Assembly: GCF_964213995.1 (NCBI RefSeq)
Contig: NW_027590578.1
Coordinates: 62,001-126,000 of the forward strand
DNA: 64,000 bases
Direction of reading: 5' to 3'
From: Mustelus asterias
Taxonomy: Eukaryota
Made by a program: the position numbers and the translations under genes
Notes under the pieces: generated by a model
Told to the model about the DNA's origin: nothing
Database searches by the model: none
Seen by the model: the letters and a program-made list of their open reading frames with translations, nothing else
Shown: one piece after another, positions 1 to 11,239 of the stretch
Layout of the letters: every line of letters starts with the position of its first letter
How positions within the stretch are numbered: position 1 is the first letter of the stretch

Positions 1-895
1 ATAAGGAAGGTTTTGCGAATACAGGTCTCCCAGTAGAATCTATCTGCCAGTTAAGCTTCCTTTTCTGCTTCCCATAAATTGTTTATTCCTTTAAAACCAA
101 GGTTTGATGTTCAGGTCAACTCCCGGAAAGTGTTTCCGCCGGCAGAACTTTGGAAAACACAAGCGTCTACTTTAGGAGGGGAGAGTGCAATGGAAAGATT
201 AGATTAATTGATTACTCTCCGATTTGTTAAACTTGGAAGGTGGTCATCGGATCCCTACAGTGCAAAAGGAGGCCATTCGGCCCATCAGGTCTGCACCGAC
301 TATTATCTAGGCCCTATCCCTGCGGTGTTGAAAGAGATGGCGGAAGAAGAGATAATAGTAAGTTTCAGAAGGGATTGAGAGATAAATTGAAAGCAGAAAA
401 GTGCAGTCACTGTGAGAGATGCGGGGTTTGAAAGCTGAATTGAAGAATTCTGTAATTCTGAATTCTCCACATCAATTCTGCATTCTGTCAGGCAAAGACA
501 CCATGGGCCGAGTGGCCACATCTCCTGCATTGATACGCTATGTTTCTATTTTGTCCATGTCCCTGGCCCCGTTATGCTCCTCCCTCTCTATTTCTTCTCA
601 GTCACTTGGACAGTGAGCAGGTGCAGAATGGTGACAGATTCCGGAGATGGAAGTCTCGCTATTTCCGTTCCGGGTGCAGCTGAAGCTGCCGCACACTTCA
701 CTCAATATTTTGTCTACTGCATCCCCGCCCACGACTTCCGTTTTCTGCTCTCACTCTGAACCTATTGTGTGATTGGACGGATTGCTGCCGCTGCTCCATT
801 CCTCTCATTGGTTGGATCAGCAGTGCAGTGGAACAGTGTCTTTCTGTCTCTGACAGGATTTCACTCACTGCAGAGTTACAGACTCAGGAAGCATC

Positions 896-941
896 ATGGT
901 GAACTATCTCACTCCGATCCTCATCATTCTCTCACTTCTCA
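896..941 (+). CDS. Leader (L-PART1) exon of TCR V segment, MVNYLTPILIILSLL
   Basis: ATG at 896, 15 mostly hydrophobic codons plus 1 nt, then GTAAGT donor at 942 (phase 1). Splices in frame to the acceptor TTCTGTTAG ending at 1089. Confidence 0.85.
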
Positions 942-1089
942 GTAAGTATTTTCTTCCCAGTAAAACTACAAGCTCCTCCTGACAGCTGTAACCCAGATAT
1001 TCTTGTTGATAAAACAATAGTGATGATGATAATTGTGTCGTTTAATCTGAGGCTAACTCTGATTGTCATATTGCTGTTGTTTCTGTTAG

Positions 1090-1393
1090 AAAGGAGCCAC
1101 CAAGACGAAGTGGAACAATTGGATCCTGTAATAAGGGTTAAAGAGGAAAATGATGTCACACTAACCTGCGCTTTGAAAACAAGCTATTCCAGCCCTAATG
1201 TGTACTGGTACAGTCAGCAGCCCGGGAAAGCTCCAGTGTACATGTTTCAGCTTATTGGAGAGATTGTGCAAAGGAACACCGACCTCAATGACCGGTTTTC
1301 TTCCAAATTTGATAAAAAGAACGAGACTACCGAGCTGACGATCAGTAACACACTGATTTCCGACAGCGCCGGGTACTTCTGTGCCATGAAGCC
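1090..1393 (+). CDS. T-cell receptor alpha/delta-type variable (V) exon, apparently intact
   Basis: Translates (K)RSHQ-DEVEQ...VTLTC...VYWYSQQPGKAP...RFSSKFD...LTISNTLISDSAGYFCAMKP. Ig-V Cys/Trp/YxC hallmarks and a TRAV/TRDV-like CAMKP end, immediately followed by an RSS. Confidence 0.9.
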
Positions 1394-1433
1394 CACACTG
1401 CTGCAGAGACAGAGCCAATGCCGTGCAAAAACC
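1394..1433 (+). promoter_or_regulatory. 23-type recombination signal sequence of the V segment
   Basis: Heptamer CACACTG (1394-1400) and nonamer GCAAAAACC (1425-1433). Spacer counts as 24 nt (23+1). Confidence 0.8.
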
Positions 1434-1667
1434 CCAGACTGGCAGTTCCAGTTAGTGCCCAGCAGGGTGCGCGCGCACACACGCGGGTAATTCAGTTTCC
1501 ACAGAGAGAGTGACAGAGATTCTTAACATTGCAACAAAAGACAACTCTCAAAAACAGCAACTGGTGTGGTCCAGTTGCAATTACATTAGTTAATGATCGG
1601 AACTTACATTTGCAATATCGATCTGAGATACTTCAACACCTTTTTTTTTCGTTTTCGATGCCTTTCT

Positions 1668-2017
1668 CATAGAAATCATAGAGACCCTACAGTACAGAAA
1701 GAGGCCATTCGGCCCATCGAGTCTGCACCGACCACAATCCCACCCAGGCCCTACCCCCATATTCCTACATATTTTACCCGCTAATCCCTCTAATCTACAC
1801 ATCCCAGGACACTAAGGGGCAATTTTAGCATGGCCAATCAACCTAACCCGCACATCTTTGGACTGTGGGAGGAAACCGGAGCGCCCGGAGGAAACCCACG
1901 CAGACACGAGGAGAATGTGCAAACTCCACACAGACAGTGACCCAAGCCGGGAATCGAACCCGGGTCCACTGGAGCTGTGAAGCAGCAGTGCTAACCACTG
2001 TGCTACCGTGCCGCCCC
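1668..2017 (-). mobile_element. HE1-type V-SINE (tRNA head, V-domain, CR1-derived tail)
   Basis: On the minus strand: A box, B box GGTTCGATTCC, V-domain, and (TTCTATGA) tail. Confidence 0.85.
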
Positions 2018-2792
2018 TTCTCTGCCTATTTGTTCCAGACAGTCCTTGTCTGCTGATTTATGGAAATTGTGCACATTTCCTTTCCCAGTCTTTAACGTAA
2101 GCATTAAAGCTTTTTCTGTTCCCTTGTACATTAATTCAGGACCTCTCCAATCTGGCTGCTCAGCTATTGGGTCCCATTTTCAATCCACGTCACTGATGAG
2201 GATTTCGCTTTGTACTGAATCACTTACTAATCCGATACTCCTGGTGCAAGAATGCTGGTCCGCAGTGTGGAATGGACATTCAGCTGCCTCTCATATAGAG
2301 AGGCAAAGTTACAGAATTTCCAATTTGACATTGTTATTGAGTTCAGCTCCTTGCAGATAAATCCTAGCTGTCACCACACTGCCTATGGTAGCCCCACCCA
2401 CAGTTTTCCTGTACTGTTCGCACTCTGACCCGTCTCTCCTGTGCTGTTTTCTTGGATATTTCATTGGAGATATTGATCTTTGCTGCTTTTCCCTGTTTGG
2501 CACTGATTGGATCAGCAGTCCAATGGGGAGGCAAGCTATATTTCCACTCTGTTAGGCAAAGATACCATGGGCCGAGTGGCCACATCTCCTGCATTGATAC
2601 GCTATGTTTCTATTTTGTTCATGTCCCTGAGTGGCACACAGCAGAGTGAGAATGGAGGGAGAGTGTGTGGGATGGAGATTTACAGCTTTTGGGGAATGAG
2701 AGAGGAAAGAATGTTCTATAGAACCGAGAATTGTCTGTTCTGAATTTCTATCTTGTACTGACAGTGATGAATTTTGTAAACTCCTTTTACAG

Positions 2793-3284
2793 GATATCAG
2801 AAGGTGAAGATTTGCAGGCAGAAATGTCAAACCAAATGTCACACTAAGATCTCACAAATTCACTCTATTTATCGGAACCTGAATATCATCAGTCTTTCAA
2901 TTTAGAAGGAGAAATTTTTGCCTGTTCTGTCTTTTTCAGGAGATCTTAAATATCAGTGTGCTTGGAAAAGCACTGAAACACACACACACCTGAGTGAGCA
3001 TGTTCCAGTGTGCACGGACTGTGGAAAGAATTTTAACACAGTCTGAAAAAACATTGCACCATTCACATGAGGGAGAGAAATTAATTGTGTACTGTGTGTG
3101 GACAACGCTTCAACAGATCGTGAAACTAGCAGAGTCACAAGGACACCCGCACCATGGAGAAACGGTGGAAATGTGGGGACTGTGAGAAGGGATTCAATTG
3201 TCCATCAAAGCTGGAAACTCATCGATGCAGAAACACTGGGGAGAGGCCATTCACCTGCTCTCTTTGTGGGAAGGGATTTAGCCA
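2793..3284 (+). pseudogene. Truncated C2H2 zinc-finger exon (ZNF relic A)
   Basis: Family acceptor ttttacag|GATATCAG, then [14 protein letters not shown]...[17 protein letters not shown], then an abrupt switch to CR1 sequence. Confidence 0.8.
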
Positions 3285-4432
3285 GACGAGAGATGAAATC
3301 GCTGGGCCTCTTGACGCAAATCTTTGTCTCGTCACTGGACACAGGTGAGGTCCCAGAGGATTGGAGGATAGCTAATGTGGTCCCGTTATTTAAGAAGGGT
3401 AGGAAGGATCACCCAGGAAATTATAGGCCGGTGAGCTTGACGTCCATGGTAGGGAAGTTGTTGGAGAGGATTCTTAGAGATAGGATGTATGCGCATTTAG
3501 AAAGGAATAAACTCATTAACGATAGTCAGCATGGTTTTGTGAGAGGGAGGTCATGCCTCACTAACCTGGTGGAGTTTTTTGAAGAAGTGACTAGAATGGT
3601 TGATGAGGGAAGGGCCGTGGATGTCGTCTATATGGACTTTACTAAAGCGTTTGACAAAGTCCCTTATGGTAGGCTGGTGCAAAAGGTTGGATCTCATGGG
3701 ATAAAGGGGGAGGTGGCTAGATGGGTGGAGAACTGGCTTGGTCACAGAAGACAGAGGGTGGTAGTGGAAGGGTCTTTTTCCGGCTGGCTGCCTGTGACTA
3801 GTGGTGTTCCGCAGGGCTCTGTATTGGGACCTCTGCTGTTTGTGATTTATGTAAACGATCTGGAAGAAGGTGTAACTGGGTGATCAGTAAGTTTGCGGAC
3901 GACACAAACATGGCAGGACTTGCAGATAGTGAGGAGCATTGTCAGAGGCTACAGAAGGATATAGAAAGGCTGGAAATTTGGGCAAAGAAATGGCAGATGG
4001 AGTTCAATCCAGATAAATGCGAAATGATGCACTTTGGTAGAGCTAATGTAAGGGGGAGCTATACGATAAATGGCAGAACCAGAAAGGGTGTAGATACGCA
4101 GAGGGACCTGGTTGTGCAAGTCCACAGATCCTTGAAGGGGACGTCACAGGTGGAGAAGATAGTGAATAAGGCATATGGCATGCTTGCCTTTATAGGACGG
4201 GGCATAGAGTATAAAAGTTGGGGTCTGATGTTGCAGCTGTATAGAACGTTGGTTTGGCCGCATTTGGAATACTGCGCCCAGTTCTGGTCGCCACACTACC
4301 AGAAGGACGTGGAGGCTTTAGAGAGAGTGCAGAGGAGGTTTACCAGGATGTTGCCTGGTATGGAGGGGCTCAGTTATGAGGAGAGATTGGGTAAACTGGG
4401 GTTGTTCTCACTGGAAAGACGGAGGATGAGGG
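3285..4432 (+). mobile_element. CR1/HER1 LINE ORF2 (RT) fragment, frameshifted
   Basis: [61 protein letters not shown]. Confidence 0.92.
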
Positions 4433-5865
4433 GCCAATTTTGAATCCACTTTATCAAATTACCCTGTATCCCATGTGAATATACCTTCTGTACAAGTCTC
4501 CCATGTGGGACATTGTCAAAGGCTTTGCTGAAATCCATACAAACTACATCGACTGCACTACCCTCGTGTTGTGGGGAAATTTCAAGGAGGCCAATTGTGA
4601 CTTAACTTAGACAATTCAAAACTCACAAAGATGTAACAAAATTTATTGAACATAAAACAAGAGAAAACAAAAGCACAGCTGACCGGAGACTTCCAAAAGG
4701 TTTAAATAGCTCGAAGGAATAGAGCCATAGAACCACTCTGAAAGATCTGAAGTACAAAATGAAATAAAGATCAATTATACTTTGTCATAATCAATAATTC
4801 TGCCTTTCATTAGCTTAAAATCAATTTTGTTTACCAGTCATACATCAATACAAATCTCTGTCAAGTACCTCAGCCAACCATATGATACTTAATATCATGG
4901 TGAGATTCTATTCGTCCTTCAAATCCGGACGTCTTTCCCTTTTTGGCTCTAACTACACCTCTGTTGCCTGGTAACAGCAGACGCTACCTCAAGGTCAAAA
5001 TGGACGTTCCCTCCAGCTCACTGCCAAGTTGAATAGACATGTGATCCTGCATCCAGGGGCATGTCTATCCTTGTGTCTGGGCAGTGAATACATCTATTCA
5101 TAAATGTTGCAGAATACGTACCCTCATAGGAATCCCACCTGATAAGACAATTGCTGATTAACCAGTTCCCAGACCTTTGACTTTAAACTAATGTCGTTTA
5201 CCACCATGCCTTTCGGTACCTTTGCTTGACCAAAGTGTACAATACATTAAAATACATTTAAAATATCAGCGTATATGTTTTAAATAATAATTACTTGTTT
5301 TGATTCACTTTCTGCATTTACATATGTGTAAACTGTTTGTTTTAGCTTGCCCGATAATCATTTAACTCTTTACTGATTTCCTGTCCTCTTAAAGACTGCA
5401 TTCTGCCTCTAAATCTTATTAGTTGCTGAGGAATCCCCTTCCATACCTCGTTGACACATCTGGTCACCTCCTCAAAAAATTCAATCAAATTTGTTAGGCA
5501 TGACCTCCCTCTGACGAAGCTATGCTGACTATTCCTAATCAAGCTTTCCCTCTCCAAATGGAGATAGATACTCTCCTTCAGAGGTTTCTTCAATAGTTTC
5601 CCTATCACTGACGTGTGGCTCACTGGTCTGTAGTTGCCTGGTTTGTCTCTACAATTCTCCTTAAATAGCGGAACCACATTAGCTGTTCTCCAGTCGTCTG
5701 GCACCTGTCCCGTCGCCAGAGAGGAATTGAAAATTTGGGTCAGAGCCCCTGCAATCTCCTCCCTTGACTCCCATTGCAGCCTCGGGTACAATTCATCTGA
5801 ACCTGGACATTTATCCATTTTAAAGGCCTTGTCCTTCTCTATGTCAATTTGCTCAAGAACCTCAG
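4433..5865 (-). mobile_element. CR1 LINE RT fragment split by a solo LTR
   Basis: Minus-strand ...FFEEVTRCVNE|GSAVDVV... reads continuously once 4567-5445 and one TSD copy are removed. Confidence 0.8.
4567..5445 (-). mobile_element. Solo LTR (~880 bp) with 5-bp TSD CCTCG
   Basis: TSD at 4562-4566 and 5446-5450. Imperfect inverted termini TGTTGTGGGG...CCCCTTCCATA. TATA-like (~4701) and AATAAA (~4643) on the minus strand. Confidence 0.7.
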
Positions 5866-6244
5866 TCTTGATGGAGCAGGGTCAAGGGGCCAAGTGGCTA
5901 CCCCTTCTAAAATCACTTCTGAGAGAAACACTTCAGGTAAATTCAACAAGAGAACCATGTAACAACCACAGCCCATCTCCATGGCAATGTGGCATGCTTT
6001 GGGGATTCCAAACAGAAATAAGAACTAAATATTTCTTAACTTCCTAACACCTTTTCATTCTGTGATCCTTGTAAAATCTGAAAGCAGGTATTTTCAACAA
6101 GACTCAAAGAGCATCAGCCCACTGGAGGCAAAGTCGTGAGACCGGCCAGTCCAACATCAAGTAATCCTCCCCATTGAGAATGAAAAATATGCAGTCCTGG
6201 AGATAATTGAGAGTAGAAACAATATCAGATTCCAGCACCTGTAA

Positions 6245-7591
6245 TCACTTGTGAACTCGCTGGTGTCTCAACAGGATGGATAAAAGAGTGAATCCCTTCC
6301 CACACTGAGAGCAGGTGAACGGCCTCTCCCCAGTGTGAATTCGCTGGTGTCGCTCCAGGTTGGACAAATGATTAAATCCCTTCCCACACTGAGAGCAGGT
6401 GAAGGGCCACTCACTGGTGTGAACTCGCTGGTGTCTCAACAGGTGGGATGACAGAATGAATCCCTTCCCACAGTCAGAGCAGATGAATGGTCTCTCCCCA
6501 GTGTGAATTCGCTGGTGGGTCTGCATGCTGGAAGAATCACTGAATCCTTTCCCACAATGAGAGCAGGTGAACGGCTTCTCTCCGGTGTGAACTCGCTGGT
6601 GTCTTAACAGGTTGCATAAAAGAGTGAATCCCCTCCCACACTGAGAGCAGGTGAACGGCCTCTCCCCAGTGTGAACTCGCTGGTGTCTCTCCAGGTTGGA
6701 CAAATGATTAAATCCCTTCCCACACTGAGAGCAGGTGAAGGGCCACTCCCTGGTGTGAACTCGCTGGTGTCTCAACAGGTGGGATGACAGAATGAATCCC
6801 TTCCCACAGTCAGAGCAGATGAATGGTCTCTCCCCAGTGTGAACTCGCTGGTGGGTCTGCATGCTGGAAGAATCACTGAATCCTTTCCCACAATGAGAGC
6901 AGGTGAACAGCCTCTCCCCTGTGTGAACTCGCTGGTGTCTCAACAGGTGGGATGACAGAATGAATCCCTTCCCACAGTCAGAGCAGATGAATGGTCTCTC
7001 CCCAGTGTGAATTCGCTGGTGTGTTTGCAGGTTGGATGAATCACTGAATCGCTTCCCACATTGAGAACAGCTGAATGGTCTCTCCCCAGTGTGAACTCGC
7101 TGGTGTCTCCGCAGAGTGGATGACTGAGTGAATCCCTTCCCACACTGAGAGCAGATGAATGGTCTCTCCCCAGTGTGAAATCGCTGGTGTGTCTGAAGGT
7201 TGGATGAATCACTGAATCGCTTCCCACATTGAGAACAGATGAATGGTCTCTCCCCAGTGTGAACTCGCTGGTGTGTCTGAAGGTTGAATGAGTTACTGAA
7301 TCCTTTACCACACTGAGAGCAGATGAATGGCCTCTCCCCTGTGTGAACTTGCTTGTGTCTCAACAGGTGGGATGACAGAGTGAATCCCTTCCCACACTGA
7401 GAGCAAGTGAATGGCCTCTCTCCAGTGTGAACTTGCTGGTGTCTCTGCAGAGTGGTTGAGTGAGTGAATCCCTTCCCACACTGAGAGCAGATGAATGGCC
7501 TCTCTCCAGTGTGAATGCGCCTATGGTTTTCCAGCTCTGATGGAGCTTTGAATGTCTTCTCACAGTCCCCACACTTCCACGGTTTCTTCAT
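6245..7591 (-). CDS. C2H2 zinc-finger protein, 16 fingers (ZNF-B), no effector domain seen
   Basis: 448-aa ORF of CxxC...HxxxH units with TGERPF linkers. Family acceptor at 7896-7897. Putative exon-1 donor GTGAGT at 8506. Confidence 0.92.
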   Translation of the reverse strand: MKKPWKCGDCEKTFKAPSELENHRRIHTGERPFICSQCGKGFTHSTTLQRHQQVHTGERPFTCSQCGKGFTLSSHLLRHKQVHTGERPFICSQCGKGFSNSFNLQTHQRVHTGERPFICSQCGKRFSDSSNLQTHQRFHTGERPFICSQCGKGFTQSSTLRRHQRVHTGERPFSCSQCGKRFSDSSNLQTHQRIHTGERPFICSDCGKGFILSSHLLRHQRVHTGERLFTCSHCGKGFSDSSSMQTHQRVHTGERPFICSDCGKGFILSSHLLRHQRVHTREWPFTCSQCGKGFNHLSNLERHQRVHTGERPFTCSQCGRGFTLLCNLLRHQRVHTGEKPFTCSHCGKGFSDSSSMQTHQRIHTGERPFICSDCGKGFILSSHLLRHQRVHTSEWPFTCSQCGKGFNHLSNLERHQRIHTGERPFTCSQCGKGFTLLSILLRHQRVHK

Positions 7592-8160
7592 GTTTTAGGT
7601 CCCGCTGTATCAGTCCAGGTCAGTTTAACAGCTGAAGCCTCATCCACACAACAAACACATGTACAGTCTGTCCCCGCTATGAATGGTGTGATGGTTTTTC
7701 AGCCTCTGTAACTGGTTAATATTCTTTCCACAGTTAGTGCACTGGAACACTCTCACTTGGGTGAGACTGGGCAAACATTCCTCCTTCTAGATTCAAAGAC
7801 CGATGATATTCAGGTCCCAAGGAATCGACTGACTCTGTCAAATCTAGAACGTCACGTCTGAGATTTCTGTCTGTAAATGCTCCCGTTGCAATATCCTGTA
7901 AATGTAGTTTACAAATGCCATCACGGTCAGTACAGGATAGAAATTCAGAACTAACAATTCTATTTTCCTCTCTCATTCCCCAAAAGCTGTAAATCTCCAT
8001 CCCACACACACTCCCTCCATTCTCACTCTGCTGAATCTAATATTCACCCTCCCAATTCTCCTGAAGGTGCTAATTCAGGCTGATCGACAGATCCATGTTC
8101 ACTGCTTCCTGTCCTGGACACAGTTGAAAATCTCCCTGTGGGCTGCCAGACAGATATACT

Positions 8161-8398
8161 CAAGATGGCGCCGGAGCGAGACGACTTCTTGCAGACTGTG
8201 CCAAAGCATATCTTCTAATTTTATCTTTTACACTTGTTCTATGCGTCGAAAACTGATTCTCTCTGCACCCTCGCTATGACTGTAACACTACATTCTCTCC
8301 TTTCCTTCCCTACGTACGGTATGCTTTGTCTGTATAGCACGCAAGAAACAATACTTTTCACTGTATGTTAATACATGTGACAATAATAAATCAAATCA
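8161..8398 (+). mobile_element. Short non-autonomous Rex1/Babar-like element
   Basis: Starts CAAGATGGCGCC and ends in the same ...acatgtgacaataataaatcaaatca tail as the LINE 3' fragment at 10105-10608. Confidence 0.5.
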
Positions 8399-8639
8399 CT
8401 GGACTAAATATGTGTGAATTGTAGCGACTGGATTCATTTCCTTTCCCTTTAGTTGCTGCAAGTCCCCAATTTTTCCCAGAATGAGAAAAGAAAGTGTTTT
8501 ACTCACAGATGTTGGACACAGAAGGAAGTTTGAATCTATCTGAAGCTCAATCTTTGTTCAGAGAGAGGAGGAAGAGGAGCAGCAGCAGTTTGCTGGACAA
8601 ACAATGGAGGATGCTCTGTGCAGCCATTGACACAAGTCT

Positions 8640-9210
8640 CGGACTCTGATTGGCTGGAGGACCAGCGCCCATCCGGTCCTCCACGCGTTGCCATTGGTCA
8701 ATCTCCCGCATGTCGACAATAAGGGGGCGGAACCCGAGCCCACGTGGGGGTGGGCGGGGCTTTGACCGCCAGCCGCGCGGAGCTGGTGTCCAATCCGCAG
8801 TGTCTTGTCTCTGTAACCAGTGATATTGCTGCCAATGGGACACTGTGTGCTGAGTCATTGTGACGGCACAATGGAGCCCTGCCTGAATCAGCCAATAACA
8901 ATCACTCTGCTCTGCGGTGACGTCCTTGGATCCCAGTGCGCGGACCCGGGAGCCCCGCCCCCACCCATTGTTCCCCTCCCCCTTGCACCTCCTCCAGCCA
9001 AGGTTTCCAGGCAACCGGCTGGCCGCTCCGGCCAGAGCGAGAAGCCGTTCGGTGATCTCCCCCTCCCCTGGACTGCGCATGTCCAAGGGAGAGGGAAAGC
9101 TGCGCATGTGCAGGGGAGAGCCCGCCCCCCCCTGACCTTCATGTTGAGGTCTTGACCAATGGGAAGAATTGGAGGACCGGAAGGACTCTGGTCCTCCAGC
9201 CAATCAGAGC
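8640..9210. promoter_or_regulatory. Bidirectional CpG-island promoter between ZNF-B and ZNF-C
   Basis: CpG-rich. Mirror-image paired CCAAT boxes at both ends (8645-8701 and 9152-9209), GC boxes, and TGCGCATG (NRF1-like) motifs at ~9074 and ~9101. Confidence 0.75.
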
Positions 9211-9349
9211 ACCTCCATTGTCTGACTGCGGAAGTTGGACAATGAACTTGTTCAGCTGCTCATTCCTGCCCAGCAAAGCTGCTGCTGCTTCTCTCTGAAT
9301 GAAGATTGAGCTTAAGACGGACTCAAACTCCCTCCTGTCGCCTACATCT
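9210..9349 (+). other. Putative 5' exon of ZNF-C (donor GTGAGT at 9350)
   Basis: Inverted paralogue of 8507-8640, with a conserved catct|gtgagtaaaacac donor in both copies. Confidence 0.55.
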
Positions 9350-9722
9350 GTGAGTAAAACACTTTCTTTTCTCCCCCTTTCCATTTCTTTTCTCATTCTG
9401 GGGGAAATTGGGGACTTGCAGCAACTGATCACGAGAAATAGAAGCAGGAGAGGTCACCGGGCCCGTCAAGCGACCCTGCCACTCAGTACAATCATGGCTG
9501 ATCAATGCCGGCCTCCTTTTGTGAGCCATTTCCCCATCGCCCTCTTTTCCTCAATCTGTCAAATATTTATCCACCTCCATTTTAAATATTTCTAATGATT
9601 CAGCCTCTACCATGCTTTGGAGCAGCGAATTCCAGAGGTTCACCACCCTCTGCGAGAAGGAATTTCTCCGCACCTCAGTTTTAAATGACTGGCCCTTTAA
9701 CTTGTAGCTTGTTCGAGACTCT

Positions 9723-10046
9723 TTTTTTTAATACTTTTCCAAATCAATCAAATCAAATCCAATTCAGAATCGCAACAAGTTGAGACATTTCAGATCCAGG
9801 CTGACTAGACAGGGCAAGCGACCAAACCACCCTGTCCTGGGCCTGATCTACATGAGCCAAGCTGATTGGAGAAGGGGGAGGTTCCTCCTCCAAGACTTGG
9901 GCTCATTTGCATCTTAGCCAAAAGGCCGAGATGCCGCTTTTAAAAATTGCTTCATGTGAAACACATGAAGCTTCAGTGTAACCTAATGACCTCAACCAAG
10001 TGCAGGCGATCCATACTACACTTGATCTTAGCCAAAAGGCCGAGAA
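9723..10046 (-). mobile_element. U2 snRNA-headed, poly(A)-tailed short retroelement (SINEU-like or Keno/Utopia derivative)
   Basis: 10046-10013 matches U2 nt 6-39 (TTCTCGGCCTTTTGGCTAAGATCAAGTGTAGTAT). Second U2 piece (nt 7-27) at 9931-9911. A-tail at ~9723-9729. TSD ACTCT(T) within a CR1 3' fragment. Confidence 0.75.
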
Positions 10047-10104
10047 CTCTTCCATTCGTGAAAATATCTCACCACCTACCCTATCAGGCTCCCTCAGGAT
10101 CTCA

Positions 10105-10608
10105 TACAGGTTTACAGATGCTCCATAGAAAGCATTCTTTCTGGTTGTATCACAGCTTGGTATGGGGCTCCTGCTCTGCCCAAAACCACAAGAAACTACA
10201 AAATGTCATGAATGTAGCCCAATCCATCACACAAACCAGGGCCTCCCATCCATTGACTCTGTCTACACTTCCCACTGCCTCGGCAAAGCAGCCAGCATAA
10301 TTAAGGACCCCTCGCACCCCGGACATTCTCTCTTCCACCTTCTTCCGTCGGGAAAAAAATAGAAAAGTCTGAGGTCACGTACCAACCGACTCAAGAACAG
10401 CTTCTTCCCTGCTGCTGTCAGACTTTTGAATGGACTTACCTTGCATTAAGTTGTTCTTTCTCTACACACGAGCTATGACTGTAACACTACATTCTGCACT
10501 CTCTTGTTTCCTTCTCTATGAATGGTATGCTTTGTCTGTACAGCGCGCAAGAAACAATACTTTTCACTGTATGTTAATACATGTGACAATAATAAATCAA
10601 ATCAAATT
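10105..10608 (+). mobile_element. Rex1/Babar-like LINE 3' fragment
   Basis: Degenerate LPSIDSVYT..CLGKAASIIKDPSHPGHSLFHLLPSG motif with an (AAATC)n tail. Confidence 0.7.
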
Positions 10609-11239
10609 ATATGTTTGAAAAATGTCATCCTCACTCTTCTAAACTCCAAGGAATACAGACCCAGACTATTTAGCCTCTCTAGATAGGACAACTCTATTTG
10701 TTATGACCTAGGTGTCCAGGACAGGAAGCAGTGAGCATGGATCTGTCATTCATCCTGAATCAGCTCCATCAGGAGTGTTGGGTGGCTGAATGTTAGATAC
10801 AGCAGCGTGAGAATGGAGGGACAATGTGTGGGATGGAGATTTACAGATTTTCATTAATGACAGAGGAAAGGATGTTCCCATAGAAGTGAGAATTGTCTGT
10901 TCTGACTGTGATGCTTTTTGTAAATTGTTTTTACAGGATATCAGAAGAGGAGGAATCACAGACAGAAATCTCAAACGTCACATCTCGATCTGACAGAGTC
11001 ACGATCTGTCGGCTTCAAAAGATTTCAAACATCAGTGTGATTGGAAAAGCACCGAGACACACACACACACCCGAGTGAGAGTGTTCCAGTGAACTGACTG
11101 TGGAAAGAGCTTCAACCAGTTACACAGCCTGAAGAAATATCACACCATTCACAAAAAAGAGCAACTGTACATGTGTTGTGTGTGTGGATGAAGCTTCAAC
11201 TGATCGTCCAACCTGGAGAGACACAAGGACACCAGCACC

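Larger units (their letters stand above)
481..2629 (+). repeat. 85-bp direct repeats (481-565 and 2545-2629) bracketing the V cassette
   Basis: ca(t/c)tctgt(c/t)aggcaaaga(c/t)accatgggccgagtggcc...atgtccctg occurs twice with about 4 mismatches. Confidence 0.85.

Noticed and set aside
1020-1089. Hydrophobic N-terminus of ORF 1020-1490 as the V signal peptide
   Set aside because: It is intron sequence read from a GTG/ATG start. A canonical split leader at 896-941 fits better.
1090-1393. NARTCR supporting V-delta or IgH/IgNAR V
   Set aside because: It has its own leader, no extra cysteine, and TRAV/TRDV-like rather than VH/VNAR motifs.
8547-9203. 218-aa ORF over the CpG island
   Set aside because: GC-rich stop-poor artefact with no domain. 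The region is better explained as a bidirectional promoter.
10013-10046. Functional U2 snRNA gene
   Set aside because: Only nt 6-39 match. There is no Sm site or 3' domain, and it is embedded in a TSD-flanked insertion.
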